From: an uncultured Bacteroidales bacterium
GTDB lineage: Bacteria > Bacteroidota > Bacteroidia > Bacteroidales > VadinHA17
Direction of reading: 5' to 3'
DNA length: 39,828 nucleotides
Assembly (NCBI GenBank): GCA_937871625.1
Contig: CALMRD010000332.1
Location: forward strand, 1 to 39,828
This document shows positions 27,855 through 37,640 of this stretch, one piece after another. Made by a program: the position numbers and the translations under genes. The number at the start of each line of letters is the position of its first letter. The stretch's first letter is position 1. Under the pieces are notes generated by a model, which was not told the origin of the DNA, searched no databases, and saw nothing but the letters and a program-made list of their open reading frames with translations.

Positions 27855-28400
27855 TTACTTGTTTTTAAAGGGTATTCCGAATTGTTTGAGCAGGGCGTAG
27901 GCCTCTTCATCGCTCCGGGCGGTGGTGACAAATGTTATCTGCAGACCCATGATCTTGGCGATCTTGTCAATATCGATCTCCGGGAAGATGATCTGTTCCG
28001 TGATCCCCAGGGTATAGTTGCCGCGGCCGTCAAGTTTGGCGCCGACACCCTTGAAGTCGCGTATGCGCGGCAGGGCAACGGATATCAGCCTCTCGAGAAA
28101 CTCATACATGCGGTCTTTGCGGAGTGTGACCATAACACCGATGGGCATTGCCTTGCGGAGCTTGAAGTTGGATATGTCCTTCTTCGATACTGTCTGCACG
28201 GCCTTCTGTCCGGCGAGGTCACTCACCTCCTTCGCTCCCATCTCCAACAGCTTCTTGTCGGCAATAGCCTGACCTAGTCCCTGGTTGATGACTATCTTTT
28301 CAAGACGCGGCACCTGCATCACACTCTTGTAGTTGAACTGCTTCATCAGTTCAGGTGTGATCTCACTCTTGTATTTTGTTTTTAAAGCTGGCGTATACAT
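27855..28400 (-). CDS. rplE: 50S ribosomal protein L5
   Basis: LPRIRDF, DGRGNY, IFPEI. Confidence 0.99.
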   Translation of the reverse strand: MYTPALKTKYKSEITPELMKQFNYKSVMQVPRLEKIVINQGLGQAIADKKLLEMGAKEVSDLAGQKAVQTVSKKDISNFKLRKAMPIGVMVTLRKDRMYEFLERLISVALPRIRDFKGVGAKLDGRGNYTLGITEQIIFPEIDIDKIAKIMGLQITFVTTARSDEEAYALLKQFGIPFKNK

Positions 28401-28723
28401 TACTTGATCTCCTCTCCTGATTTTTTGGCAAAGCGCACCAGTTTGTTCTTCTCATTCAGTCTGCGGCCTACACGTGTGGGCTTGCCGCTGGCCGGGTCTA
28501 TGACCATGAGGTTGGAAATATGCACGGGGGCCTCCTTCTTGATGATGCCTCCCTGCGGTGCCTTGGCGTTGGGCTTGGTATGTTTCGATACCATGTTCAC
28601 TCCTTCAACCAGGGCCTTGCTTTTATCCCTGTTAACCTCCAGGACCCTTCCCTTCTGTCCTTTTGATTCACCGGCAATGACAGCCACTGTGTCTCCTTTC
28701 TTGATGTGTAATTTCTTCTGCAT
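28400..28723 (-). CDS. rplX: 50S ribosomal protein L24
   Basis: IKKGDTV KOW motif, EAPVHISN. Confidence 0.99.
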   Translation of the reverse strand: MQKKLHIKKGDTVAVIAGESKGQKGRVLEVNRDKSKALVEGVNMVSKHTKPNAKAPQGGIIKKEAPVHISNLMVIDPASGKPTRVGRRLNEKNKLVRFAKKSGEEIK

Positions 28724-28741
28724 CGGGTGTCCGTTTAAATA

Positions 28742-29107
28742 TTATAACACTTCAGGTGCAAGTGAGACTATCTTCATGTACTTGTCGCGCAGTTCCCTGG
28801 CAACAGGACCGAAGATACGGGTGCCGCGCACCTCATCCTGGTTGGTGAGAAGCACCACGGCATTGTCGTCAAAGCGGATGTATGATCCGTCAGCGCGGCG
28901 TATCTCCTTTTTGGTTCTCACCACGACAGCCTTGCTTACCGATCCCTTCTTTGCTTCACCTGAGGGCATGGCGCTCTTTACGGAGACAACGATCTTGTCT
29001 CCCACGCTTGCATACCTCTTCTTGCTTCCGCCGAGCACCCTGATGCAAAGAACCTCCTTGGCACCTGTGTTATCGGCAACAGTCAACCTGCTTTCCTGCT
29101 GTATCAT
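28742..29107 (-). CDS. rplN: 50S ribosomal protein L14
   Basis: [22 protein letters not shown]. Confidence 0.99.
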   Translation of the reverse strand: MIQQESRLTVADNTGAKEVLCIRVLGGSKKRYASVGDKIVVSVKSAMPSGEAKKGSVSKAVVVRTKKEIRRADGSYIRFDDNAVVLLTNQDEVRGTRIFGPVARELRDKYMKIVSLAPEVL

Positions 29108-29109
29108 AA

Positions 29110-29367
29110 TTACTTAGCTCTTTCAATTATTTCAACCAATCTCCAGGCTTTATTCTTGCTGAGAGGCCTGGTCTCCATTATGCGTACCGTATCACCAATA
29201 TTGCAGGTGTTCTCCTCATCATGAGCCATCAGCTTCTTCGTCCGGTTGACGAACTTGCCGTAGATGGGGTGCTTTACCTTTCTGCGGATGGCAACGACGA
29301 TGGATTTGTCCATCTTGTTGCTGACGACAACACCCGTACGCTCTTTTCTAAGTTTCCTTTCTTCCAT
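29110..29367 (-). CDS. rpsQ: 30S ribosomal protein S17
   Basis: KMDKS, HPIYGK, ETRPLSK. Confidence 0.99.
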   Translation of the reverse strand: MEERKLRKERTGVVVSNKMDKSIVVAIRRKVKHPIYGKFVNRTKKLMAHDEENTCNIGDTVRIMETRPLSKNKAWRLVEIIERAK

Positions 29368-29378
29368 TGTGATAGCGG

Positions 29379-29582
29379 CTATTTTGTTTTGTCATTCATC
29401 TCTCTCTTGCGCTTCTCAGTCATGAGCCTGGCGATCGACTTCCTGCTCTCCTTTATCTTCTGGGGATTATCCAGCGGGGAGATGGCGTGGTTAAGCTTCA
29501 TGCGCACGAGTGCGGTCTTCTCGTTGTCAATACGCTCGAGAAGCTCCTGGTTGCTTAATTCTCTTATCTCTGAACTCTTCAT
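29379..29582 (-). CDS. rpmC: 50S ribosomal protein L29
   Basis: EIRELS, LDNPQKI, IARLMTE; operon position. Confidence 0.96.
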   Translation of the reverse strand: MKSSEIRELSNQELLERIDNEKTALVRMKLNHAISPLDNPQKIKESRKSIARLMTEKRKREMNDKTK

Positions 29583-29594
29583 TGCTCTTGTATT

Positions 29595-30017
29595 TTATTC
29601 CTCGGCGTAATCACGGCGTACCACAAATTTTGTTGCTACAGGCAGTTTCTGCGCTGCAAGGCGGAGTGCCTCCCTGGCCACATCAAAGGGAACGCCCTCG
29701 GCTTCGATGATTATACGTCCGGGTGTCACCGGAACGACAAAGCCTTCAGGAGCACCTTTACCTTTACCCATTCTCACCTCTGCAGGCTTCTTGGTTATGG
29801 GTTTGTCGGGGAAAACGCGGATCCATATCTGACCCTCACGTTTCATGTGACGGGTGACAGCCTGGCGTGCAGCCTCAAGCTGACGGCCGGTGATCCATGC
29901 CTCCTCCAGGGTTTTGATGCCAAATGACCCGAATGCCAGCTGATTGCCTCTCTGGGCATTGCCTTTCATCATGCCCTTCTGGCTCCTCCTGAATTTGGTC
30001 TTCTTCGGTTGTAACAT
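29595..30017 (-). CDS. rplP: 50S ribosomal protein L16
   Basis: [14 protein letters not shown]. Confidence 0.99.
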   Translation of the reverse strand: MLQPKKTKFRRSQKGMMKGNAQRGNQLAFGSFGIKTLEEAWITGRQLEAARQAVTRHMKREGQIWIRVFPDKPITKKPAEVRMGKGKGAPEGFVVPVTPGRIIIEAEGVPFDVAREALRLAAQKLPVATKFVVRRDYAEE

Positions 30018-30051
30018 CGCTCAGTTATTATTAAAATATTGTATAATTCAG

Positions 30052-30786
30052 TTACCTGGAATCCTTTTTATTGCCGCCTCTTTTCCTGAAGCCTCCGGAC
30101 GGGGGTCCGCCCTTTGCTCCCTTGAGGTTCTTGGCTCCGATATTGGGACTGAGGTCACGCTTGCCGTATACCTCGCCGTTGCATATCCACACCTTGATTC
30201 CTATCAGGCCCACCTTGGTGAGGGCCTCAGCCAGTGCATAGTCGATGTCCGCACGGAAGGTGTGCAGAGGAATCCTGCCATCCTTGTAGCTCTCGTTGCG
30301 TGCCATCTCAGCACCGCCGAGCCTGCCGGATATCACCACCTTGATGCCTTCGGCACCCATGCGCATCGTTGAGGCAACGGCCATCTTGATGGCACGGCGG
30401 TAAGAGATCTTGCCTTCCACCTGGCGGGCTATGTTCCCGGCAACTATTGCTGCATCAAGCTCAGGACGCTTCACCTCGAAGATGTTAATCTGAACCTCCT
30501 TTTTGGTGATCTTCTTGAGCTCCTCCTTCAGTTTGTCAACCTCCTGGCCTCCCTTGCCGATGATGATGCCCGGGCGCGCCGTATTGACGGTGACGGTGAT
30601 GAGCTTGAGGGTACGCTCAATGATGATCTTCGAGATACTTGCCTTTGCAAGCCTGGCATTCAGGTATTCCCTGATTTTTGTGTCCTCAACAAGCTTGCTT
30701 GAGAAGTCACTGCCACCGTACCAGTTGGAGTCCCATCCCTTGATGATCCCTACTCTGTTGCCTATCGGATTTACTTTCTGTCCCAT
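30052..30786 (-). CDS. rpsC: 30S ribosomal protein S3
   Basis: [24 protein letters not shown]. Confidence 0.99.
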   Translation of the reverse strand: MGQKVNPIGNRVGIIKGWDSNWYGGSDFSSKLVEDTKIREYLNARLAKASISKIIIERTLKLITVTVNTARPGIIIGKGGQEVDKLKEELKKITKKEVQINIFEVKRPELDAAIVAGNIARQVEGKISYRRAIKMAVASTMRMGAEGIKVVISGRLGGAEMARNESYKDGRIPLHTFRADIDYALAEALTKVGLIGIKVWICNGEVYGKRDLSPNIGAKNLKGAKGGPPSGGFRKRGGNKKDSR

Positions 30787-30789
30787 TGT

Positions 30790-31209
30790 TTACTCTGAAA
30801 TGTTTGCTGTTTCCTGTTTCCTGCTACCCAGCACAAGGGTTACATGGTTTGATCTCTTGCGTATGCGGTAAGCCCTTCCCTGGGGGGCGGGACGGATTCT
30901 TCGCAGTATGCGGCCGCCGTCGACCTGCACCTCCTTGACGTAGAGGTCGCTCTCCTCAAGGCGCAACCCCTCGTTCTTGGCCTGCCAGTTGGCAATGGCC
31001 GAGAGAAGCAGTTTCTCAACCCTGCGGGAAGCTTCCTGCTTGCTGAACTTCAGTATGTCAAGAGCCCTGTTGACCTCCTGACCCCTGATAAGATCAGTTA
31101 CCAGTCTCATCTTGCGCGGTGAGGTGGGGACGTTCTTCAATACGGCCCTGGTCCTCTCTTTTACGGCTTCCTTCCTCTTTTCCGCGCTTATTCTTTTTCT
31201 TGCACCCAT
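30790..31209 (-). CDS. rplV: 50S ribosomal protein L22
   Basis: [20 protein letters not shown]. Confidence 0.98.
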   Translation of the reverse strand: MGARKRISAEKRKEAVKERTRAVLKNVPTSPRKMRLVTDLIRGQEVNRALDILKFSKQEASRRVEKLLLSAIANWQAKNEGLRLEESDLYVKEVQVDGGRILRRIRPAPQGRAYRIRKRSNHVTLVLGSRKQETANISE

Positions 31210-31243
31210 ATCTAATTCTTTTTCAGTTGTTTAGATACATTAC

Positions 31244-31510
31244 CTATTTCTGTTTCCCGCCATGACCGCGGAAGGTACGGGTAGGGGCAAACTCTCCCAG
31301 CTTATGACCAACCATATTTTCGGTAATGTATACAGGTATGAATTTGTTTCCGTTGTGCACTGCCAGGGTGTGTCCCACAAAGTCGGGGGAGATAACCGAT
31401 CTTCTTGACCAGGTCTTGATCACGGTCTTCTTTCCGCCATCATTCATTGCGTCAACCTTTTTGCCAAGGTGAAGGTCAATGAAGGGGCCTTTTTTAATGG
31501 ATCTGCTCAT
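31244..31510 (-). CDS. rpsS: 30S ribosomal protein S19
   Basis: [16 protein letters not shown]. Confidence 0.99.
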   Translation of the reverse strand: MSRSIKKGPFIDLHLGKKVDAMNDGGKKTVIKTWSRRSVISPDFVGHTLAVHNGNKFIPVYITENMVGHKLGEFAPTRTFRGHGGKQK

Positions 31511-31518
31511 CGTGTCAA

Positions 31519-32343
31519 CTATTTTTTCCTTCTTTCAATAATGTGCCTGTTCGAATACTTGGTACGGCTCCTGGTCTTGTACCCTTTGGCGGGCATGCCG
31601 TTGCGTGACCGCGGATGGCCTCCCGAGGCTCTTCCTTCACCACCGCCCATGGGGTGATCAACGGGGTTCATGGCCACACCCCTGGTTCTGGGTCTGCGTC
31701 CGAGCCAGCGGCTGCGTCCCGCCTTGCCTGATCTCTCCTGGTTGTGGTCGGTGTTGGATACTGTTCCTATTGTGGCTCGGCATATGGTAAGCACCATCCT
31801 GGTCTCACCCGAGGGGAGCTTGATGGTGGCATACTTGCCCTCACGGGCCGCCAGCTGTGCAAAAGTGCCTGCACTGCGTGCCAGGGCTGCACCCTTACCG
31901 GGCTTGAGCTCTATGTTGTGCACTATCGTTCCCAGTGGTATGTCCTCAAGGAAGAGAGTGTTGCCCAGGTCAGGCGTGGCGCTCTTACCAGACATGACCT
32001 CCTGTCCCACCTTAAGTCCGTTGGGAGCAATGATATACCTCTTCTCACCGTCAGCATAGGTCAGAAGAGCTATACGGGCCGAACGGTTCGGATCGTATTC
32101 CACGGAGGTGACCCTGGCGGCAATGCCGTCCTTGTCCCTGCGGAAGTCGATCACACGGTACATCCTCTTGTGACCGCCACCCAGATACCTCATGGTGCGC
32201 CTGCCGTTAACATTCCTTCCCCCTGACTTCTTCAGCGGCGCGAGCAAGGATTTCTCCGGCGTCTCGCGGGTGACCTCGGCAAAGGTACTCGCGATCTTAT
32301 GTCTCTGGCCTGGTGTTACAGGCTTAATCTTTCTGACTGCCAT
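31519..32343 (-). CDS. rplB: 50S ribosomal protein L2
   Basis: [22 protein letters not shown]. Confidence 0.99.
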   Translation of the reverse strand: MAVRKIKPVTPGQRHKIASTFAEVTRETPEKSLLAPLKKSGGRNVNGRRTMRYLGGGHKRMYRVIDFRRDKDGIAARVTSVEYDPNRSARIALLTYADGEKRYIIAPNGLKVGQEVMSGKSATPDLGNTLFLEDIPLGTIVHNIELKPGKGAALARSAGTFAQLAAREGKYATIKLPSGETRMVLTICRATIGTVSNTDHNQERSGKAGRSRWLGRRPRTRGVAMNPVDHPMGGGEGRASGGHPRSRNGMPAKGYKTRSRTKYSNRHIIERRKK

Positions 32344-32349
32344 ATAGTG

Positions 32350-32640
32350 TTAAATGTTGCTGTAAAAATCAATCGTCTCTCCTTTGGCGAGAGTGACAAC
32401 AGCCTTCTTCGTTGCTGTCGTGCGTCCCTTCATCATGCCCGACTTGGTATAGCGGGTCTTGTTCTTGCCGGCATAGTTGATGGTGTTCACCGATTCAACA
32501 TTGACGCCGTAAAGATCCTCAACCGCCTTCTTTATCTCGAGCTTGTTGGCCTTGCGTGCGACCAGAAAACCATACCTGTTGAACTTCTCGCCCTGGCTGG
32601 TCATCTTTTCGGTCACTATGGGTTTAACTAAAATTTCCAT
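32350..32640 (-). CDS. rplW: 50S ribosomal protein L23
   Basis: PIVTEK, ANKLEIKKAVE, KKAVVTL. Confidence 0.98.
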   Translation of the reverse strand: MEILVKPIVTEKMTSQGEKFNRYGFLVARKANKLEIKKAVEDLYGVNVESVNTINYAGKNKTRYTKSGMMKGRTTATKKAVVTLAKGETIDFYSNI

Positions 32641-32654
32641 ATCTATCTCCCGGT

Positions 32655-33278
32655 TTATAATGTTGACTGCAAAACATCAACTGCGCTCTCCGTAAGCACC
32701 AGAGTTGAAGCTTTCATTATACTGTAAGTGTTTAAATCACTGATAGTTACAACTTCAACTCCCTGCAAATTTCGAGATGACAAATATATGTTTTTATTTT
32801 GTTCCGGTAAAACAAAGAGTGATTTTTTATTCATTATATTGAGGTTTGCGCTTACTCCGGCCATTTTTGCGGTCTTCGGGGTCTCCAGCGAAAAGTCCTC
32901 AAGAATGATAATCCTGTTCTCCTTTGCCTTGTATGAAAGGGCTGATTTTCTGGCCAGCTGTTTCACCTTTTTGTTGAGCTTGAAGCCGTAGAACCTGGGC
33001 CTGGGGCCGAAGATGCGGCCGCCGCCCCGGAATTGCGGGTTCTTGATGCTGCCGAAGCGTGCTGTTCCGGTGCCCTTCTGTCTCTTAAGCTTGCGTGTGC
33101 TGCCCATGACCTCGCCGCGCTCCTTGGCCTTGTGAGTACCCTGTCTCTGACCTGCCAGGTACTGTTTCGTATCGAGGTAGATAGCATGGTCATTGGGTTC
33201 AATGCCGAAGATGGTCTCGTTGAGAGTAACCTTTCTTCCGGTCTCTTTTCCGTCTATGTTGAATACTGCTACTTCCAT
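32655..33278 (-). CDS. rplD: 50S ribosomal protein L4
   Basis: [24 protein letters not shown]; start MEVAVF overlaps the rplC stop (TAATG). Confidence 0.98.
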   Translation of the reverse strand: MEVAVFNIDGKETGRKVTLNETIFGIEPNDHAIYLDTKQYLAGQRQGTHKAKERGEVMGSTRKLKRQKGTGTARFGSIKNPQFRGGGRIFGPRPRFYGFKLNKKVKQLARKSALSYKAKENRIIILEDFSLETPKTAKMAGVSANLNIMNKKSLFVLPEQNKNIYLSSRNLQGVEVVTISDLNTYSIMKASTLVLTESAVDVLQSTL

Positions 33279-33895
33279 TACTTTGTTATTATTACGTAAC
33301 CACCCCTGGGGCCCGGTACGGCTCCTTTGACAAGGAGAAGGTTTGATTCTGGAATGATCTTTATCTTCCGCAGTTCTGTCTCCTGCTGCCTGCCGCCGGT
33401 GCGACCTGCCATGCGCATGCCCTTCATGACCCTTGACGGCCATGATGAGGCGCCGATGGAACCCGGAGCCCTGAGCCTGTTGTGCTGGCCGTGGGTCGTG
33501 CCTCCCACGCCGCCGAAGCCGTGACGCTTGACAACACCCTGGAAGCCCTTGCCCTTGGTCCATCCTCTGACATCAAGGTATATATCCTCATCGAACAGAT
33601 CCACGGTGATGACATCACCTATCTTGTATTTGTCCTCTTCGAACCCGACGAACTCGGCCACCTTTCTCTTGGGACCGGTGCCGGCCTTCTTGAAATGGCC
33701 TATCTCAGCCTTGTTGCTCGATTTTTCCCTCTTATCGTCAAAACTGAGCTGCAATGCCGCATAACCGTCGTTCTTCACAGTCTTCACCTGGGAGACGACA
33801 CACGGGCCTACCTCCAGGACTGTGCATGGGATGTTCTTTCCATTATCATCGAAGATGGAGGTCATCCCAACCTTTTTTCCTATTAATCCCTGCAT
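33278..33895 (-). CDS. rplC: 50S ribosomal protein L3
   Basis: [26 protein letters not shown]. Confidence 0.99.
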   Translation of the reverse strand: MQGLIGKKVGMTSIFDDNGKNIPCTVLEVGPCVVSQVKTVKNDGYAALQLSFDDKREKSSNKAEIGHFKKAGTGPKRKVAEFVGFEEDKYKIGDVITVDLFDEDIYLDVRGWTKGKGFQGVVKRHGFGGVGGTTHGQHNRLRAPGSIGASSWPSRVMKGMRMAGRTGGRQQETELRKIKIIPESNLLLVKGAVPGPRGGYVIITK

Positions 33896-33917
33896 AATTC
33901 AGTATATTTTCCGGTTA

Positions 33918-34223
33918 TCACACTTTAATTTCCACCTCTACTCCGCTGGGCAGTTCAAGCTTCATGAGAGCATCGATGGTTTTGGGTGTGGAGCTGTATA
34001 TGTCAAGCAGACGCTTGTACGATGATAGTTCAAACTGCTCTCTTGATTTCTTGTTCACGAACGGGGAGCGGAGCACCGTATAGATCCTTTTGTGGGTAGG
34101 CAGCGGAATTGGGCCGCTGACCACTGCACCCGTCGATTTGACGGTCTTGACGATCTTTTCTGCCGATTTGTCGACCAGGTTATGATCGTAAGACTTGAGT
34201 TTGATGCGAATTTTCTGACTCAT
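33918..34223 (-). CDS. rpsJ: 30S ribosomal protein S10
   Basis: [22 protein letters not shown]. Confidence 0.99.
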   Translation of the reverse strand: MSQKIRIKLKSYDHNLVDKSAEKIVKTVKSTGAVVSGPIPLPTHKRIYTVLRSPFVNKKSREQFELSSYKRLLDIYSSTPKTIDALMKLELPSGVEVEIKV

Positions 34224-34225
34224 CT

Positions 34226-36331
34226 TTACTTAAAACTTTTTCCTGTTGTTACTTCAATAATTTTCTTCGCTAATTCTGCAGGCACCTCTTCAAAATGGGA
34301 GAACTCCATCGTGGATGTAGCCCTGCCCGAGGTAAGGGTACGCAGTACTGTAACGTATCCGAAGTTTTCTGCCAGAGGTACTTTTGCCTTTATAACCCTT
34401 GAACCTGCTTTCGATTCCATACCTTCCACCTTGCTCCTGCGCTTGTTGAAGTCGCCGATGACGTCACCCACGAACTCTTCCGGGGTAACCACTTCGGCGT
34501 TCATCACCGGTTCAAGGAGCACCGGGCTGCATTTTGGCGCCGCGTGGCGGAATGCCTGCCTGGCTGCTATCTCGAACGAGAGCGAGTCGGAGTCGACGGG
34601 ATGGTAGGAACCGTCCTTGAGAATAACCTTAAGGCTGTCGAGGGGGAAGCCGGCCATGGGGCCGTTGAGCATCGCCTCGCGGAAACCCTTTTCAACTGAG
34701 GGTATAAACTCCTTCGGCACATTGCCTCCCCTGATCTCATTTACAAAGGTGAGTCCCGGAACAGAGTCTTCGGCAGGCATGAGCTCCACGGTGATATCCG
34801 CGAACTTGCCCCTGCCGCCTGTCTGTTTCCTGAACAGCTCCCTGTGAGTGTATGATTTTGTGATGGCCTCCTTATAAGCAACCTGAGGCCTTCCCTGGTT
34901 GCATTCTACTTTAAATTCCCGCTTCAGGCGATCAATAAGAATCTCCAGATGAAGCTCTCCCATGCCGCTGATGATCGTCTGTCCGCTGTCGGGATCGGTT
35001 TTGACCTTGAAGGTGGGATCCTCTTCGGCCAGTTTGCCGAGTGCCTGTCCCAGTCTGTCCATGTCAGCCTGTGTTTTGGGCTCCACGGCTATCCATATCA
35101 CCGGTTCCGGGAACTCCATTGATTCAAGGAGAACAGGCTTGTGAACGGCACAGAGGGTGTCACCTGTCTGAAGGTCCTTGAAGCCGACGCCGGCACATAT
35201 ATCTCCTGCGGAGACTGACGGCACCGGGTTCTGCTTGTTGGCATGCATCTGGAAGAGGCGGTTGATGCGCTCCCTCTTGCCGGTACGTACATTCAGCACA
35301 GTATCACCGGCATTGATGGTGCCTGAGTAGACCCTCATGAAGACCAGCCGGCCTACATACGGGTCCGTTGCTATCTTGAAGGCGAGAGCCGAGAAGGGCT
35401 CGTCAGCCCTGGGCTCCAGGATTATCTCCCTGTCGTCGCGCGGGTCTTTGCCTTTGACGGCTCCCACATCCGTGGGTGAGGGCAGGTAAGCCACCACGCC
35501 GTTCAACAGCCGCTGCACCCCTTTGTTCTTGAAGGCGGCGCCGCAGAAGACGGGGACGATCACTCCCTCAACGGTCTCACGGCGGAGGACCGTCATCAGC
35601 TCCTCGGAGGTGATGCTGTGATGGTCTTCCAGGTATCTTTCCAGTATTGAGTCATCCATCTCGGCACAGGCCTCCACGAGCTTCATACGCCACTCTTCAG
35701 CCTCCTCTGCCATCTCTTCCGGGATGGGCTGGACGGTGAAGTTTGTCAACGGGTCGGCTCCGTCCTCGAAGATGATAGCCTTCATCTCAATAAGGTCTAT
35801 CAGACCCTCAAAGTTCTCCTCGGCCCCGATGGGTATCTGCACGGGCACGGGATGTGCTCCCAGCTTATCGATCATCTGCTGCACCACCCCGTGGAAGTCG
35901 GCGCCGGCGCGGTCCATCTTGTTGACGAAGGCTATGCGCGGCACGTTGTATTTGTTTGCCTGCCGCCAGACGGTCTCCGACTGCGGTTCCACGCCTCCCA
36001 CGGCGCAGAAGACCGCCACGGCTCCGTCAAGCACCCTGAGGGCCCGCTCCACCTCCACGGTGAAGTCGACATGCCCGGGGGTATCGATGAGGTTGATCTT
36101 ATAGAGCTGATCCCTGTATTTCCAGAAGGTGGTGGTGGCAGCAGAGGTGATGGTGATGCCCCGCTCCTGCTCCTGTACCATCCAGTCCATGGTGGCATTG
36201 CCGTCATCGACTTCCCCGATGCGGTGCACACGGCCCGTATAATAGAGGATGCGCTCGGAAGTGGTTGTCTTCCCGGCATCGATGTGGGCCATAATGCCAA
36301 TGTTTCTGGTATGTTTGAGATCGCTGCTCAT
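34226..36331 (-). CDS. fusA: Elongation factor G, str-operon copy
   Basis: [33 protein letters not shown]. Confidence 0.98.
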   Translation of the reverse strand: MSSDLKHTRNIGIMAHIDAGKTTTSERILYYTGRVHRIGEVDDGNATMDWMVQEQERGITITSAATTTFWKYRDQLYKINLIDTPGHVDFTVEVERALRVLDGAVAVFCAVGGVEPQSETVWRQANKYNVPRIAFVNKMDRAGADFHGVVQQMIDKLGAHPVPVQIPIGAEENFEGLIDLIEMKAIIFEDGADPLTNFTVQPIPEEMAEEAEEWRMKLVEACAEMDDSILERYLEDHHSITSEELMTVLRRETVEGVIVPVFCGAAFKNKGVQRLLNGVVAYLPSPTDVGAVKGKDPRDDREIILEPRADEPFSALAFKIATDPYVGRLVFMRVYSGTINAGDTVLNVRTGKRERINRLFQMHANKQNPVPSVSAGDICAGVGFKDLQTGDTLCAVHKPVLLESMEFPEPVIWIAVEPKTQADMDRLGQALGKLAEEDPTFKVKTDPDSGQTIISGMGELHLEILIDRLKREFKVECNQGRPQVAYKEAITKSYTHRELFRKQTGGRGKFADITVELMPAEDSVPGLTFVNEIRGGNVPKEFIPSVEKGFREAMLNGPMAGFPLDSLKVILKDGSYHPVDSDSLSFEIAARQAFRHAAPKCSPVLLEPVMNAEVVTPEEFVGDVIGDFNKRRSKVEGMESKAGSRVIKAKVPLAENFGYVTVLRTLTSGRATSTMEFSHFEEVPAELAKKIIEVTTGKSFK

Positions 36332-36360
36332 CTGTTGCTGGTTGTTCTCCCGAGGTCAGA

Positions 36361-36837
36361 TCAGAACCTGAAATGGGCGAAGGCTTTGTTGGCCTCGGCC
36401 ATACGGTGTGTATCCTCTTTCCTCTTATAGGCTCCGCCCTCCTGGTTATAGGCAGCCATGACCTCGGCGGCAAGCTTCTCGGCCATGCTGTGGCCGCTGC
36501 GCTTGCGGGCGAAGAGTATCAGGTTCTTCATGCTTATGCTCACCTTGCGGTCGGGACGAATCTCAAGCGGCACCTGGAAGGTGGCGCCACCGACCCTGCG
36601 GCTTTTGACCTCAACGTGGGGAGTGATATTGTCGAGTGCCTGTTTCCAGATCTCGAGAGGACTCTTCTCCTCATTCTTCATCTTGTCGGCCACTATTTCC
36701 AGTGAGTCGTAAAATATTCTGAAGGCAACGGTCTTTTTACCACTGTACATCAGGTTATTGATGAAACGGGTAACGTACGGATCGTTGAATTTCGGGTCCG
36801 GTAGGAGGATCCTCTTCTTTGGTTTTGCCTTTCTCAT
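36361..36837 (-). CDS. rpsG: 30S ribosomal protein S7
   Basis: [19 protein letters not shown]. Confidence 0.99.
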   Translation of the reverse strand: MRKAKPKKRILLPDPKFNDPYVTRFINNLMYSGKKTVAFRIFYDSLEIVADKMKNEEKSPLEIWKQALDNITPHVEVKSRRVGGATFQVPLEIRPDRKVSISMKNLILFARKRSGHSMAEKLAAEVMAAYNQEGGAYKRKEDTHRMAEANKAFAHFRF

Positions 36838-36858
36838 ATCGTGTGAATCCTTTAACTG

Positions 36859-37233
36859 TTACTTCTTTGGTCTTTTTGCACCGTATTTTGACCTTCTCTG
36901 CTTACGGCCATCAACACCGGAGGTGTCAAGTGCGCCACGGATAAGGTGATAGCGGACGCCCGGAAGGTCCTTGACCCTGCCGCCCCTGATGAGCACGATG
37001 GAGTGCTCCTGGAGATTGTGTCCCTCACCCGGAATATAGGCGTTGACCTCCTTCTGGTTGGTCAGCCTCACCCTGGCTACTTTTCTCATGGCTGAGTTAG
37101 GTTTCTTTGGCGTGGTAGTGTAGACACGCACACAGACTCCCCTCCTCTGCGGGCATGAGTCAAGCGCAGGTGCCTTGCTTTTGTCTACCAGCTTCTTGCG
37201 GCCTTTTCTTACTAACTGCTGAATTGTTGGCAT
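36859..37233 (-). CDS. rpsL: 30S ribosomal protein S12
   Basis: [23 protein letters not shown]. Confidence 0.99.
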   Translation of the reverse strand: MPTIQQLVRKGRKKLVDKSKAPALDSCPQRRGVCVRVYTTTPKKPNSAMRKVARVRLTNQKEVNAYIPGEGHNLQEHSIVLIRGGRVKDLPGVRYHLIRGALDTSGVDGRKQRRSKYGAKRPKK

Positions 37234-37522
37234 AATTCTCTTTTAATTAATTTTCCTTTTCTATATACTGGTCTGCAAAAAAATCATTCTTCACCGTCAC
37301 AACAGGCAATCTTCATTGCCTCCCGTTACGCACGCTGCTCCCGCGTGATGCGTCAACGGCAGTCCGTCGGCACAATGCTGCGGGGGCAAAGTTTTCTGAA
37401 GATGTAACTTATGGTTTGTAAGTTATTTACAGGAATTTCTTCCCGACCGCTCCCATCGACCTCTTTTCTAAACTTACACTCTGAAGAAGTGACCGGTACT
37501 CCTGTTTTTCAAAAAACCGGTG

Positions 37523-37530
37523 CAAAGATA
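37523..37530 (-). promoter_or_regulatory. -7 element TATCTTTG for the rpsL operon
   Basis: TAnnTTTG followed by CA, about 290 nt upstream of rpsL. Confidence 0.65.
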
Positions 37531-37583
37531 AAGAAATATTTTTCAAACAACAGCTACTTTTATGATCTCTTTTGAAAATTTGT

Positions 37584-37591
37584 TATTTTTG
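37584..37591 (+). promoter_or_regulatory. -7 element TATTTTTG for the EF-G paralog
   Basis: TAnnTTTG match 49 nt upstream of the ATG. Confidence 0.65.
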
Positions 37592-37640
37592 CGCTCCCTA
37601 CGAGATCAACACACATATAATAAAATAATTAAAGCCGAAG

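Noticed and set aside
33279-33563. Apparent 95-aa N-terminal extension of L4
   Set aside because: An alternative frame of rplC; the real start is the ATG at 33278 overlapping the rplC stop
34223-34228. No tufA between fusA and rpsJ
   Set aside because: Standard Bacteroidota gene order; tuf lies elsewhere
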